Origin: Eubacteriales bacterium
Lineage (GTDB): Bacteria > Bacillota > Clostridia > Oscillospirales > CAG-272
Assembly: GCA_045645205.1 (NCBI GenBank)
Contig: JAZRIJ010000083.1
Coordinates: forward strand, 1,343 to 65,342
Direction of reading: 5' to 3'
DNA length: 64,000 nt
Below the pieces are notes generated by a model. The model ran no database searches and was not told the origin of the DNA. It saw only the letters and a list, made by a program, of their open reading frames with translations. This document shows, piece by piece, positions 30,112 through 39,945 of the stretch (the stretch's first letter is position 1; every line of letters begins with the position of its first letter). A program made the translations under genes and the position numbers.

Positions 30112-30762
30112 ATGATACGCGAGGTTATAGTTTTTGGAAAAACAGTTGAGGAAGCTATTCAAAATGGGTTAAAGGAACTTGGAGTTAGCTCGGAAAACGC
30201 GGAGTACGAGATTATTGAAAACGCAAAGAAGGGATTTCTTGGATTTGGAGAGTCTCCGGCAAAGGTCAGAGTATTTTGCAATGTCAATGCAGGAAAGAAA
30301 GCTGTTGATTTTGTTACTACACTTGTAGCAAATATGGGACTGGATGTTCAGGTTAAGGCAGAAACAGTCAATGAAAAGAATACAAAAATAACACTTGAGG
30401 GCGAATCGGCGGGTATGCTTATCGGTCATCACGGTGAAACACTTGACGCACTTCAGTATCTTGCAAATCTTACGGCAAACAAAGGCGATGATGAAGACGA
30501 TTATTCAAAAATAACCGTTGATATTGAAAACTACCGTTCAAAGAGGGAAGAGACTCTCAGAACGCTTGCAAGAAGAATGGCATCAAGGGTCCGCAAAAAC
30601 AACAGAAGTATGACTCTTGAACCTATGAACCCCTATGAAAGACGTATTATACATTCGGAAGTACAAAATATAGAAGGTGTATCTACCTACTCGGTAGGTA
30701 CAGACGACAATCGTAAGATTGTTATTTGTCCTGAAGACAGGGCAAAACACAGAGGAAAGTGA
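30112..30762 (+). CDS. jag: Jag/KhpB RNA-binding protein (Jag_N, KH and R3H domains)
   Basis: R3H motif LEPMNPYERRIIHSEV, and its position after yidC. Confidence 0.88.
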   Translation: MIREVIVFGKTVEEAIQNGLKELGVSSENAEYEIIENAKKGFLGFGESPAKVRVFCNVNAGKKAVDFVTTLVANMGLDVQVKAETVNEKNTKITLEGESAGMLIGHHGETLDALQYLANLTANKGDDEDDYSKITVDIENYRSKREETLRTLARRMASRVRKNNRSMTLEPMNPYERRIIHSEVQNIEGVSTYSVGTDDNRKIVICPEDRAKHRGK

Positions 30763-30815
30763 AGAAATGTCACTTTTTAAAAAATTCTCTTGAAAAAATA
30801 TTAATTTACAGTAAA

Positions 30816-30858
30816 AAAGCAGGATGCTTGAAAATTGAAACTTCCTGCTTTTTTTTTG
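30816..30858 (+). terminator. intrinsic terminator after jag
   Basis: Stem AAAGCAGGA / TCCTGCTTT followed by a run of T. Confidence 0.7.
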
Positions 30859-30962
30859 TACTTTTTTCAAATTATACTTATTTTAAAATAAAATTTGTTT
30901 TCTATTGAAATTTGGTAAGTTATGTTATATAATTATAAAAAAATATATTGGAGTGCGTAAAC

Positions 30963-32114
30963 ATGAGTAAATGGGTATCAGCTTGGGGTGTTCCAACTTC
31001 TTTTGTTGTAGAGGGAGTGGGAAACCTTATTGATAACACAACCTTCAGACACGTTTTTTATAACCCTATAAAAGGCGAAAAAGTTAGGATTCGTTTTACG
31101 AATAAATATGGCAGCGAAGATGTAAAGATTGACGGAGCTTCTATTTCCGAGTGGACCGGAAAAGGTCCTGCAATTGTTCCCGAAACCTTAGTTAATGTTA
31201 CTTTTAAAGATAACGGTAATGTTATCAAGGCAGGAGAAGAACTGGTTACCGATGCTGTTGAATTTGTACTTGAACCCCAAAAATATTATGTTTTGAGCTA
31301 TTATTTCAAGGATGCGACAAGGCTTGTGACCGGTTATAACAAATTTCCTGAAGACACGTTAGCTCCATGTTGGTTAGGCAGAGGAAACTTTGTAAACTTC
31401 GAGGAATTTCCTATAAAAGAGCGACGTGAAATTATTAATTACGTCTTTTTATGCGGTGTTGAAGCGCTTTCTACAGAGGATACACACGCTGTTATGGCGT
31501 TTGGAGACTCTATAACTGCAAGACCTTGGCCTGATTATCTTGCTCGACGTATCAACAATGAGGGTTATACAAACCGTTCCGTTGTCCGTAAGGCTATTGG
31601 TGGAAACAAAATTTTGAGAGATTACAGAGATTGTCTTTTTAGACGGGGAATGGGTTGTGCAGCTATTGAGCGTTTTGAAATGTCCATAAAACAGGTACTT
31701 GGAGTTGATAAGGTTGTTATGCTTGAAGGAATAAACGATTTGTATCATCCCAGAAAAAACGATCCTTTATCTAAAATGGATGAGCTTCCCACGGTAGATG
31801 AGCTTATTGAAGGCTACAAGATATGCTGTGATATTGCTCATAAATATGGTGCGAAATTCTATCTTGCTACTATTCTTCCCACAGCGCACATGGAATTGCT
31901 GGGCGACGGCAGAGAGGAGATAAGACTTGCCGTAAACGAATGGATAAGAACAAACGACTATATTGACGGATTTGTTGAGTTTGAAAAGCAGGTTGCAGAC
32001 AAGAATAACCCTCATATTATGGCAGAGGAATATGACTGCGGCGATAAATTGCATCCAAACAACGAAGGATCTATGGCTCTCTGTAATGCTATTCCCGAAC
32101 ACATATACAAATAA
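30963..32114 (+). CDS. SGNH/GDSL-family hydrolase
   Basis: Block I AFGDSITA, block III GINDL and block V DKLHPN. The start is set at the ATG at 30963, 8 nt after GGAG. Confidence 0.7.
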   Translation: MSKWVSAWGVPTSFVVEGVGNLIDNTTFRHVFYNPIKGEKVRIRFTNKYGSEDVKIDGASISEWTGKGPAIVPETLVNVTFKDNGNVIKAGEELVTDAVEFVLEPQKYYVLSYYFKDATRLVTGYNKFPEDTLAPCWLGRGNFVNFEEFPIKERREIINYVFLCGVEALSTEDTHAVMAFGDSITARPWPDYLARRINNEGYTNRSVVRKAIGGNKILRDYRDCLFRRGMGCAAIERFEMSIKQVLGVDKVVMLEGINDLYHPRKNDPLSKMDELPTVDELIEGYKICCDIAHKYGAKFYLATILPTAHMELLGDGREEIRLAVNEWIRTNDYIDGFVEFEKQVADKNNPHIMAEEYDCGDKLHPNNEGSMALCNAIPEHIYK

Positions 32115-32120
32115 AAAAAT

Positions 32121-32160
32121 AAAGCTGATTATGAAATTTGTCCATAATCAGCTTTGTTTA
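32121..32160. terminator. bidirectional terminator hairpin between convergent genes
   Basis: 13-bp stem AAAGCTGATTATG / CATAATCAGCTTT flanked by an A-run and a T-rich tract. It overlaps the ogg 3' end. Confidence 0.6.
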
Positions 32161-32993
32161 TTATATCGTTCATAGTAGAACAGATATTGTTGTATCATGC
32201 CTGCAAACTGACCTAAATTTGTTATACAAAGACCTTGCGGATAGTACTTTTCAAGAATTCTTTTTACCCAAACGTCAACAGGAAATGCGTCCGTTTTGTT
32301 AAAGCCGAACAGCAGAGCGCAAGAGGCTACCTTAAGACCTACTCCTTTTATCTGCATAAGGTATTCCAAAGCTTCTTTTGTTGTCATTTCGTCAATAAGC
32401 GTAAGGTCTATTTTTCTGTTTGCAACCTTTTCTGCCGCATCAAAAATATATTTTGCGCGAAAGCCTGTTTTTAGTTCAAATATTCTGTCTGATCCTGCCT
32501 CGTAAAGCGCTTGTGCCGTAGGAAATGCATAGTGCTCATCGTCAATTTTTTCTCCGAATTGTTTTGACATATTGAAAATAATCTTTTTTATTCTCGGTAT
32601 ATTGTTGTTTTGCGAAATAATAAATGAGCAAAGAGCCTCCCACCCGTCTTGGCGTAAAATACGAATACCGCTTCCATACTCAATAGCTTTGCTTAAGGTC
32701 TCATCATTTTCCATTCTTTTCAGAATATCGCTGTCAACAGCGGAATAGTCTTCGTCGAGGGCAAGATAATGACAAAAACGAGCGTCAAAGTCATTTTTGG
32801 TTATGCCCCTTATAATAACAGTTGTATTATCAGGCTGCTCAAATCGTAAAAACTTACCAAAAGCAACCCCTTCAATACCGTTGTTTACAGGATCAAATCT
32901 AAAACACTGTCCGCAGTCAAATATTTTTGACACGGAAAAACGGTCAAGGTCCGATATTTCGAGATAATCCTTTTTTTCGTTTACATTAAACAT
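32148..32993 (-). CDS. ogg: 8-oxoguanine DNA glycosylase / HhH-GPD family base-excision glycosylase
   Basis: N-terminal FDCGQCFRF block and an HhH-GPD region IKGVGLKVASCALLFGFNKTDAFPVDVWVKR. Confidence 0.7.
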   Translation of the reverse strand: MFNVNEKKDYLEISDLDRFSVSKIFDCGQCFRFDPVNNGIEGVAFGKFLRFEQPDNTTVIIRGITKNDFDARFCHYLALDEDYSAVDSDILKRMENDETLSKAIEYGSGIRILRQDGWEALCSFIISQNNNIPRIKKIIFNMSKQFGEKIDDEHYAFPTAQALYEAGSDRIFELKTGFRAKYIFDAAEKVANRKIDLTLIDEMTTKEALEYLMQIKGVGLKVASCALLFGFNKTDAFPVDVWVKRILEKYYPQGLCITNLGQFAGMIQQYLFYYERYNKQS

Positions 32994-33080
32994 TTACAAA
33001 TCCTTTTTTTAAAAACTATTGTTTATTTCTTTTTAGAATGGTATAATATTTCCATACAACATACTTAAAGGGGAAATTAT

Positions 33081-33761
33081 ATGGAAAAAATATATACAAT
33101 ACCCGTAAATGAGGCATTTGATGCCTGCGCGGAAGATAAATCAAATGGGTGTCCTTTCTGCGAGATGTTCAGAAAAGTACAGGAAAATGAGCTTGAACTT
33201 ATTCTCGGCGCATCCATGATGGAACCGGATGTGCGTATTAAAACAAACGAGATGGGTTTCTGTGATAAACATTTTACTATGATGCTTAAAAGAAAAAACA
33301 GGCTTGGACTGGCATTGATGCTCGAGAGCCATCTTGCCCATATTGCGAAAGAATCGAGCGGATTTAACGTTATGAAAAAGGTCGAAAAGATAAACGAAAG
33401 CTGTTATATTTGCTCAAGAATAAATTACCACATTGACAGAATGTTCGAGACTGCCGTATGGCTTTACGATACCGACAGAGCCTTCGAGGACAAAATTAAA
33501 AATCAGACATACTTTTGTATGCACCACTATCATAAGTTTATTACGGCAGGCAAAAATGAGCTGAACAGAAAAAAATTTGCCGACTTTGAACGCTTGGTGT
33601 CAAAGGTAAACGAAACATATCTTGCCGAACTCAGCTCAGATGTAAGCTGGTTCTGCAAAAAATTTGATTACCGATATGACGAAGAGCCTTGGGGCAACGC
33701 TAAAAATGCTCCCGAAAGGGCCATAAAGTTTTTGACGGGAAGCCTTACGGAAACGGAATGA
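33081..33761 (+). CDS. Cys/His-rich hypothetical protein (DUF6062-like)
   Basis: 226 aa containing CPFC, FCDKHF, CYICSR and FCMHHYHKF motifs. Function unknown. Confidence 0.5.
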   Translation: MEKIYTIPVNEAFDACAEDKSNGCPFCEMFRKVQENELELILGASMMEPDVRIKTNEMGFCDKHFTMMLKRKNRLGLALMLESHLAHIAKESSGFNVMKKVEKINESCYICSRINYHIDRMFETAVWLYDTDRAFEDKIKNQTYFCMHHYHKFITAGKNELNRKKFADFERLVSKVNETYLAELSSDVSWFCKKFDYRYDEEPWGNAKNAPERAIKFLTGSLTETE

Positions 33762-33808
33762 TTGGAAATTAATGACCCATGAACGAAGAATAGTGAATAA
33801 TTATGGTG

Positions 33809-33846
33809 GAAATTTGCCTTGAAAAAGGCAAATTTCTTCTTTTTTA
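33809..33846 (+). terminator. intrinsic terminator after the Cys-rich protein gene
   Basis: 12-bp stem GAAATTTGCCTT / AAGGCAAATTTC, GAAA loop, T-rich tail. Confidence 0.7.
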
Positions 33847-33887
33847 ATCTCTTTTTTGGGGAGAACTTAGACTCAAGGTATAAAATA

Positions 33888-35066
33888 TTACGCTTCGGGC
33901 TCAATCTTTATTGTTTGGAGTGACTCTATAGCCTCTTTTTCAAGAGCTTCTATATTCAGTTTCTTTTCTTGTTCGAGAATTTGGGAGATCTCAGGTCTTG
34001 TCTTAGGGTGTTTGGGTGTAAATACCGTACAGCAGTCCTCATAGGGAAGGATAGATGTCTCGAATGTGTTGATCTTTCTTGAGATCGTAATAATTTCTTC
34101 CTTGTCCATACCGATACAAGGTCTAAACACGGGCATATTTACAACAGAATCTGTAACATTAAGTGCCGCCAATGTCTGGCTTGCCACCTGTCCCAAGCTT
34201 TCACCGGTAATAAGAGCGTGGCACTTATTAAGGTTTGCAATTTTTTCTGCAAGACGCATCATAAAGCGACGGAGTAGAAGAGTAAAATATTCCTCGTCGC
34301 ATAACCTTTTCAGCTCCTCCTGTATATGTGTGAGTGAAATAACATTTAAATAAATATTACCGGAATAGATTGCTACAAGTCTTGCAAGCTGTAATACTTT
34401 TTCTTTTGCTCTTTCGCTTGTATATGGAAAGCTTTCAAAATGAATTGCATCAATTGTTAGGCCTCTTTTTGCCATCATATAGCCTGCAACCGGACTGTCA
34501 ATACCGCCGGAAAGGAGAAGCATTGCTTTACCGTTTGAGCCGACTGGCATACCACCTGCACCCTTGACTGCTCCTGCGTGTATATATGCATTTGTTTCAC
34601 GAAGCTCTATACGTATTGTAATATCGGGATTGTCCATCTTTACTTTAAGTTCTGGCAAGACTTCAAGAACAGCTCCGCCTACCTCTGCGGCGAGCTGGGG
34701 GGAGGTCAACGGAAATTTTTTGTCAGACCGTCTTGCTTCAGCCTTAAAAGTTGTTTTACCTTCAAAAAATTTGGGCAGATATTGAGCTGCCTTTTGTTTT
34801 ATATCTTCAATATTTTTTTCGCAAACAACGGCGCGGCTTACAGATACGAAGCCAAATACCTTCAAAGCAGCTTCAAAAGCACCGTCAATATCGGCTAAAT
34901 CGTCTGTGGCTTCAACATAAGTCGTTGACTGTGATGCATATATCTTAAAATTCCCGTAAGGTTTAAGACATTCCTTAAGTCTTTTGGACAGCAGGTCTTC
35001 AAACCATTTTCTGTTCAGTCCCTTAAGAACCAATTCACCCTGTTTGCACAAAAGAATTTCTTTCAT
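33888..35066 (-). CDS. thiI: tRNA 4-thiouridine(8) synthase ThiI
   Basis: THUMP N-terminal domain and the PP-loop LLLSGGIDSPVAGY. At 392 aa it has no rhodanese domain. Confidence 0.9.
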   Translation of the reverse strand: MKEILLCKQGELVLKGLNRKWFEDLLSKRLKECLKPYGNFKIYASQSTTYVEATDDLADIDGAFEAALKVFGFVSVSRAVVCEKNIEDIKQKAAQYLPKFFEGKTTFKAEARRSDKKFPLTSPQLAAEVGGAVLEVLPELKVKMDNPDITIRIELRETNAYIHAGAVKGAGGMPVGSNGKAMLLLSGGIDSPVAGYMMAKRGLTIDAIHFESFPYTSERAKEKVLQLARLVAIYSGNIYLNVISLTHIQEELKRLCDEEYFTLLLRRFMMRLAEKIANLNKCHALITGESLGQVASQTLAALNVTDSVVNMPVFRPCIGMDKEEIITISRKINTFETSILPYEDCCTVFTPKHPKTRPEISQILEQEKKLNIEALEKEAIESLQTIKIEPEA

Positions 35067-35171
35067 AATATACTTTCCTTTTCATACTGTAATCTGGCTT
35101 TAATTTTACACTAATTCACGCCTTATGTCAAGACGGAATTGTGGATGCTGTTTTTTTGGTATAACACTTAT

Positions 35172-35197
35172 AAAAGCCCGAAAAAATCGGGCTTTTT
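35172..35197 (-). terminator. terminator hairpin after the thioesterase gene
   Basis: AAAAGCCCGA / TCGGGCTTTT stem. On the minus strand it is followed by TTTTAT. Confidence 0.5.
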
Positions 35198-35204
35198 CAC
35201 TATA

Positions 35205-35927
35205 TTATCTTCTGTCTGTCATAATAAAAGACTCGGAATTGATCTGTCCGTCATCTCTTACGGTTCTGAAATAATATCCGTCTTCGTCTTTTCCCCTATA
35301 GACTTTTATCGTCGAGCCGAGAGGAGCTTCCGTTCTGTAATTTATGATCGCCGTAATAACGCGGTTATATTTACTGTCGGGCAGATAATCGCAAAACACA
35401 TCAAGATAATTGGTGTTGTTCATATGCATATTAACATCGGTATCACTGTAGTTTACGGTATATTCGCCGTGCAGACCAAGCTCTATGTCCGAGGGTATTT
35501 TAAACCTTGACGGAATGTCAAGCTCAAGCAAATTAGGCTCTGTGTCAAAGCCAAATTGTATTTCATTTACCCGGAAAAGCTTTTTTTCCTTTGTGTCTAT
35601 TAACGCAAAAACCGCAACCATTTCTGCAACCAGATCGTCTCTTCCGAATACTCGCGAACATCGGTAAAAGCTTGCACCTTTACTTTCAACTGCCCATGTT
35701 TCCACACGTATGTTGTCAAAAGCGTGAAGTTCTTTGTAAAAGCTAAGGTTTATTTTGCTTAGAATAAACGTTTTGTTGTCAGCTCGAAGTTCGTTGTTTG
35801 ACGGTCCGTATTTCAGTAATTGCAGATTAGCTGTTTCGTGCATATAACGCAGTATTGACGACGGTCTTACAGCACCGTTAAAATCACAGTCATGACTGTT
35901 AATTCTGTATTCTTCCGTGTAGATCAT
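35205..35927 (-). CDS. acyl-[acyl-carrier-protein] thioesterase
   Basis: 240 aa with a double hot-dog layout. The N-terminus YRINSHDCDFNG..LRYMHETA is typical of the FatA/B-like bacterial family. Confidence 0.7.
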   Translation of the reverse strand: MIYTEEYRINSHDCDFNGAVRPSSILRYMHETANLQLLKYGPSNNELRADNKTFILSKINLSFYKELHAFDNIRVETWAVESKGASFYRCSRVFGRDDLVAEMVAVFALIDTKEKKLFRVNEIQFGFDTEPNLLELDIPSRFKIPSDIELGLHGEYTVNYSDTDVNMHMNNTNYLDVFCDYLPDSKYNRVITAIINYRTEAPLGSTIKVYRGKDEDGYYFRTVRDDGQINSESFIMTDRR

Positions 35928-35954
35928 AAAACAAAATCGGAATCATGTAACAAA

Positions 35955-36920
35955 TTACATTTTGCCGTTTGACCCAAGAACGTTAACAATCTTGTGAGCG
36001 ACCATTTTCCGAACTTCGTCTCTGCCTACCTTGAGGTATTCTCTGGGGTCGAATGCAGAGGGAGTATCAGCAAATACTCTGCGGATACCTGCTGTCATAG
36101 CAAGTCTGATATCGGAGTCAATGTTGATCTTGCATACTGCCATACCTGCAGCCTTTCTCAGTTGCTCTTCGGGAATACCGATAGCATCGGGCATCTTGCC
36201 GCCCTTTTCGTTGATCTCCTTAACAGCTTCCTGAGAAACGGAGGATGCACCGTGAAGAACGATGGGGAATCCGGGGAGTCTATTTTCAACTTCTTCGAGA
36301 ATATCGAAGCGGAGCGGAGGGGGAACAAGAATGCCGTTTTCATTTCTTGTGCACTGATCGGGAGTAAATTTATATGCGCCGTGGCTTGTGCCTATTGCAA
36401 TTGCAAGGGAGTCAACGCCTGTGCGGCTTACAAATTCTTCAACCTCTTCAGGACGTGTGTAAGAAGAATCTTCAGCAGATACCTTAACATCATCTTCAAC
36501 GCCTGCAAGTCTTCCGAGTTCGCCTTCAACAACACAGCCGTGTGCATGTGCATAATCAACAACCTTCTTTGTAACAGCAATGTTGTCCTCGAAAGAATGG
36601 TGAGAACCGTCTATCATAACAGATGTAAATCCGCCGTCAATACAAGCCTTACAAATTTCAAAATCTGCGCCGTGGTCAAGGTGAAGAGCAATGTCAATAC
36701 CAGTATCTCTGATAGCAGCCTGCGCCAATGCCATAAGGTACTCATGCTTTGCGTACTTTCTTGCGCCTGCGGAAACCTGAAGAACTACGGGAGAGTTAAG
36801 TTCCTGTGCAGCCTCTGTAATAGCCTGAACAATTTCCATATTATTGATGTTAAAAGCGCCTATAGCGTAACCGCCCTCGTATGCTTTTTTGAACATCTCT
36901 TTTGTTGTAACTAATGCCAT
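35955..36920 (-). CDS. fba: class II fructose-1,6-bisphosphate aldolase
   Basis: 321 aa. Motifs HLDHG, GELGRLAGVED, SHGAYKF and LHGASS. Confidence 0.93.
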   Translation of the reverse strand: MALVTTKEMFKKAYEGGYAIGAFNINNMEIVQAITEAAQELNSPVVLQVSAGARKYAKHEYLMALAQAAIRDTGIDIALHLDHGADFEICKACIDGGFTSVMIDGSHHSFEDNIAVTKKVVDYAHAHGCVVEGELGRLAGVEDDVKVSAEDSSYTRPEEVEEFVSRTGVDSLAIAIGTSHGAYKFTPDQCTRNENGILVPPPLRFDILEEVENRLPGFPIVLHGASSVSQEAVKEINEKGGKMPDAIGIPEEQLRKAAGMAVCKINIDSDIRLAMTAGIRRVFADTPSAFDPREYLKVGRDEVRKMVAHKIVNVLGSNGKM

Positions 36921-36951
36921 GATGTAAACTCCTTATATTTTAAATATATTA

Positions 36952-37272
36952 TTATTCTTCTTTTCCGTTAAGTCGATCGAGCCAGATGAGTCCGATATCC
37001 ATTGCATCAAAAAGGCCGTTTCTGTCAAACTGTTTTACCACTCTTTCGTGAGGGGGGAGGGATGTGTCAGTGCTGAGTACCTGCAAAATTATTTTGTCGG
37101 GTATTTCTGTTTCCTTGCCTTTATCATCCTTAATTTTTTTATTGCTTAAAACCATCATAAACAAAACATATTTGTCGGACATACTGCCGTAACAGAAGGT
37201 ATTTCCCTCTCTCAAAAGAGGCTTGCCTCTAAATATAAGGTTTTGTCCTTCAACATATTTTTTTTCAGCCAT
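36952..37272 (-). CDS. hypothetical protein
   Basis: 106-aa ORF with a plausible start. I recognise no motif. Confidence 0.4.
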   Translation of the reverse strand: MAEKKYVEGQNLIFRGKPLLREGNTFCYGSMSDKYVLFMMVLSNKKIKDDKGKETEIPDKIILQVLSTDTSLPPHERVVKQFDRNGLFDAMDIGLIWLDRLNGKEE

Positions 37273-37371
37273 TTATTATTCCGCCTCCTCTAATAAATTA
37301 TATAATAATCAAGTTATATAATACTACAAAACGCTCGTTATGTCAAGAATAACCTAAAAATGAAAGCCTGT

Positions 37372-38514
37372 TTATTCCGCGATGTACGGTATTTTTTTTA
37401 AGAAAACATCAGAGCTTTTTGTTTTTTCACACATCAGAGTCAGAAGATTATCCGAGAATATATTAAATTCTGCTTGCTTTCTTGCTGCGCCTTCAAGTTT
37501 TTTATAGTGCGCCGGCTTTGTCAAAACGGCAATATTACCCTCTTTTTGTATTCTGCGTATAAGCTTTCTTCCCTCTTGATTACAAGCCAAAACCTGTGTA
37601 AACATCGGTCTTTCTTTCAGCATAGCTGTCGTTACACCTGTCATGCCGTTTAATATACACCGTCTTATCTTTGCGTTTGTATAGGACTTGCCCGACATTT
37701 TTTTCATAAGTTCTGCCAAGTCAACGCTTTCTTTTGAGCATTTTATAAGTTTGTCGGCAATACCGTTTGTCATACCTTCAAAGTTTTTTAAATATTGCGC
37801 ATTGGCAGTCCTGTAATATGAAATTATTGCCTTTTCTGCAAAATCTAAACAATATCTATCAGAAAATTCAAATAGATTAACAACATTTTCGGGTATCATA
37901 TTAAAGCTGTTTTTTTCATTTAGTAGTCTTCTTGACTCTGTTGCCGAATAGCCGATTTCCCGTTTGTATGTTACGGGAACAATATTACTGTTTAGCTTTT
38001 TGAGAGCAGAAATATACTCAACTCCCAAAATGTCATTGGGCTTAACGGGAATATTTTCTCCGTAAAGTTCATTGTAAATATTTTCACGTAAAGCTGCAAA
38101 AGGTTTGTCCTTGTTGTTTTTGTCAGTCCTTGCATTTTTCATTGCAAGTAAAAATTCTTTTGACATAAGTTTTTCGCTTATTCGGTTAAGCTTATTAATA
38201 TCACCGCATTCACAACCAAAGCACAATTCGTCAATAATATTCAACGAATCGGCTATTCCTACGCCGCCAAAGGCAAAAAACTCTGCCGCTGAGCATGAGT
38301 ATGGATAGGGCAATTCGAGCACTAAATCAGCTCCCGACATCACCGCCGCTTTTGCTCTGTCATATTTATCAAATATAGCGGGTATTCCACGCTGAACAAA
38401 ACCGCCGCTCATTATGCAGACAACAAGATTGTTTTGTTGCTTAATGGTGTCGAGTTGCTGTTTATGACCCTTATGAAAGGGATTGTATTCGCAAATTACC
38501 GCAGTTATATTCAT
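37372..38514 (-). CDS. tmcAL: tRNA(Met) cytidine acetate ligase (YlbM/UPF0348 nucleotidyltransferase)
   Basis: N-terminal AVICEYNPFHKGHKQQL (HxGH nucleotidyltransferase motif) and a 380-aa length typical of the family. Confidence 0.7.
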   Translation of the reverse strand: MNITAVICEYNPFHKGHKQQLDTIKQQNNLVVCIMSGGFVQRGIPAIFDKYDRAKAAVMSGADLVLELPYPYSCSAAEFFAFGGVGIADSLNIIDELCFGCECGDINKLNRISEKLMSKEFLLAMKNARTDKNNKDKPFAALRENIYNELYGENIPVKPNDILGVEYISALKKLNSNIVPVTYKREIGYSATESRRLLNEKNSFNMIPENVVNLFEFSDRYCLDFAEKAIISYYRTANAQYLKNFEGMTNGIADKLIKCSKESVDLAELMKKMSGKSYTNAKIRRCILNGMTGVTTAMLKERPMFTQVLACNQEGRKLIRRIQKEGNIAVLTKPAHYKKLEGAARKQAEFNIFSDNLLTLMCEKTKSSDVFLKKIPYIAE

Positions 38515-38681
38515 AAATTTAATATTTTTTCCTCAAATTTTCAATTTTTAAGTTAAAATTAACGTTAAAACCTTGAAATTTTCCAAATAATACTGTAAAA
38601 TAAGATGATTGTAATATATTATAACATATTTTTAGGAAAATAAAAATACTTTTTCATAATTTTTTTGGAGGTTTATACAAA

Positions 38682-39884
38682 ATGAATGTACTCGTTGTAA
38701 ACGCAGGAAGCTCCTCGCTTAAGTATCAGCTTTTTGATACAACAAAAAATGAAGTTATCGCAAAGGGCATTTGCGAAAGAATTGGTATTGACGGCAGAAT
38801 TGAACACAAGTGCAACAATGAGAAGTATACAGAAGAGACAGCTATCCCCAACCATACAGTTGCTACACAACTGGTTGTTAAGTATCTCACAGATGAAAAA
38901 ATGGGATGCGTTAAGAGCATGGATGAAATTGAAGCTGTAGGACACAGAATTGTACACGGCGGAGAATATTTCTCGGAATCAATGCTCCTTACAGATGAAG
39001 TTCTTGAAAAGCTTGAGCTTTGCCGCGACCTTGCTCCCCTTCATACAGGTGCTCATATTATGGGTATTCAGGGATGTCTCGAAGCTATGCCCGGCAAGCC
39101 TCAGGTTCTCGTATTTGATACAGCTTTCCATCAGACAATGTCCAAGCAGGCATATATGTACGGTCTTCCCTATGAAATGTACGAAAAGTACCATATCCGC
39201 CGTTACGGCGCGCACGGTACTTCTCACAGATATGTTGCTGCAGAGGCTGCAAAGCTTCTCGACAAGCCTGTTGAAGAAACAAAGATTGTTACTTGCCATA
39301 TTGGAAATGGTTCTTCTATTTCTGCGGTTAAAGGCGGTAAGTGCATAGACACAAGCATGGGCTTTACCCCCCTTGCAGGTGTGCTTATGGGTACACGATG
39401 CGGAGACATTGACCCTGCTATTGTAACATATATTATGAAAAATGAGGGTTATACCCCCGATGAAATGAGCGACTTTATGAACAAGAAGTGCGGCTTCCTT
39501 GGTCTTTCCGGAATTTCATCCGACGCTCGTGATATTGAAGCAGCTATTCGAGAAGGAAATCAAAGAGCTGAAATTGCCGCTACAACCCTTGCATATCAAA
39601 TTAAAAAGTATATTGGCGCATATGCGGCGGCAATGGATGGACTTGACGCAGTTATTTTCACAGCAGGAATGGGTGAAAACAACCCGGAACTTCGTGACAG
39701 AGTATGTTCAAATCTTGAAAACTTTGGTATTAAGCTTGATAAAGAAGTAAATTCAAAAGCGTCCAGACAGCCAAATACAGTTCTTCTCTCAACTCCCGAC
39801 TCCAAGGTTAAAGTTTACCTTATCCCGACAAACGAAGAGCTTGTTATCGCATCTGACACTGAAAATATTGTAAAAGCTCTCTGA
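38682..39884 (+). CDS. ackA: acetate kinase
   Basis: MNVLVVNAGSSSLKYQLF start, AVGHRIVHGG and GAHGTSHRYV motifs. Confidence 0.95.
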   Translation: MNVLVVNAGSSSLKYQLFDTTKNEVIAKGICERIGIDGRIEHKCNNEKYTEETAIPNHTVATQLVVKYLTDEKMGCVKSMDEIEAVGHRIVHGGEYFSESMLLTDEVLEKLELCRDLAPLHTGAHIMGIQGCLEAMPGKPQVLVFDTAFHQTMSKQAYMYGLPYEMYEKYHIRRYGAHGTSHRYVAAEAAKLLDKPVEETKIVTCHIGNGSSISAVKGGKCIDTSMGFTPLAGVLMGTRCGDIDPAIVTYIMKNEGYTPDEMSDFMNKKCGFLGLSGISSDARDIEAAIREGNQRAEIAATTLAYQIKKYIGAYAAAMDGLDAVIFTAGMGENNPELRDRVCSNLENFGIKLDKEVNSKASRQPNTVLLSTPDSKVKVYLIPTNEELVIASDTENIVKAL

Positions 39885-39903
39885 TTATTAATTCCAATAT
39901 ATA

Positions 39904-39945
39904 AAGAATCCGCACAAAATAATTTGCGCGGATTCTTTTTATTTT
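39904..39945 (+). terminator. intrinsic terminator after ackA (overlaps the mnmE 3' end)
   Basis: Stem AAGAATCCGC / GCGGATTCTT followed by TTTATTTT. Confidence 0.6.

Noticed and set aside
35994-36914. A 306-aa plus-strand ORF, the longest unassigned one.
   Set aside because: It lies fully antisense to the well-supported fba gene. It is Cys/Asn/Phe-rich with no motifs, which is typical of a shadow ORF.
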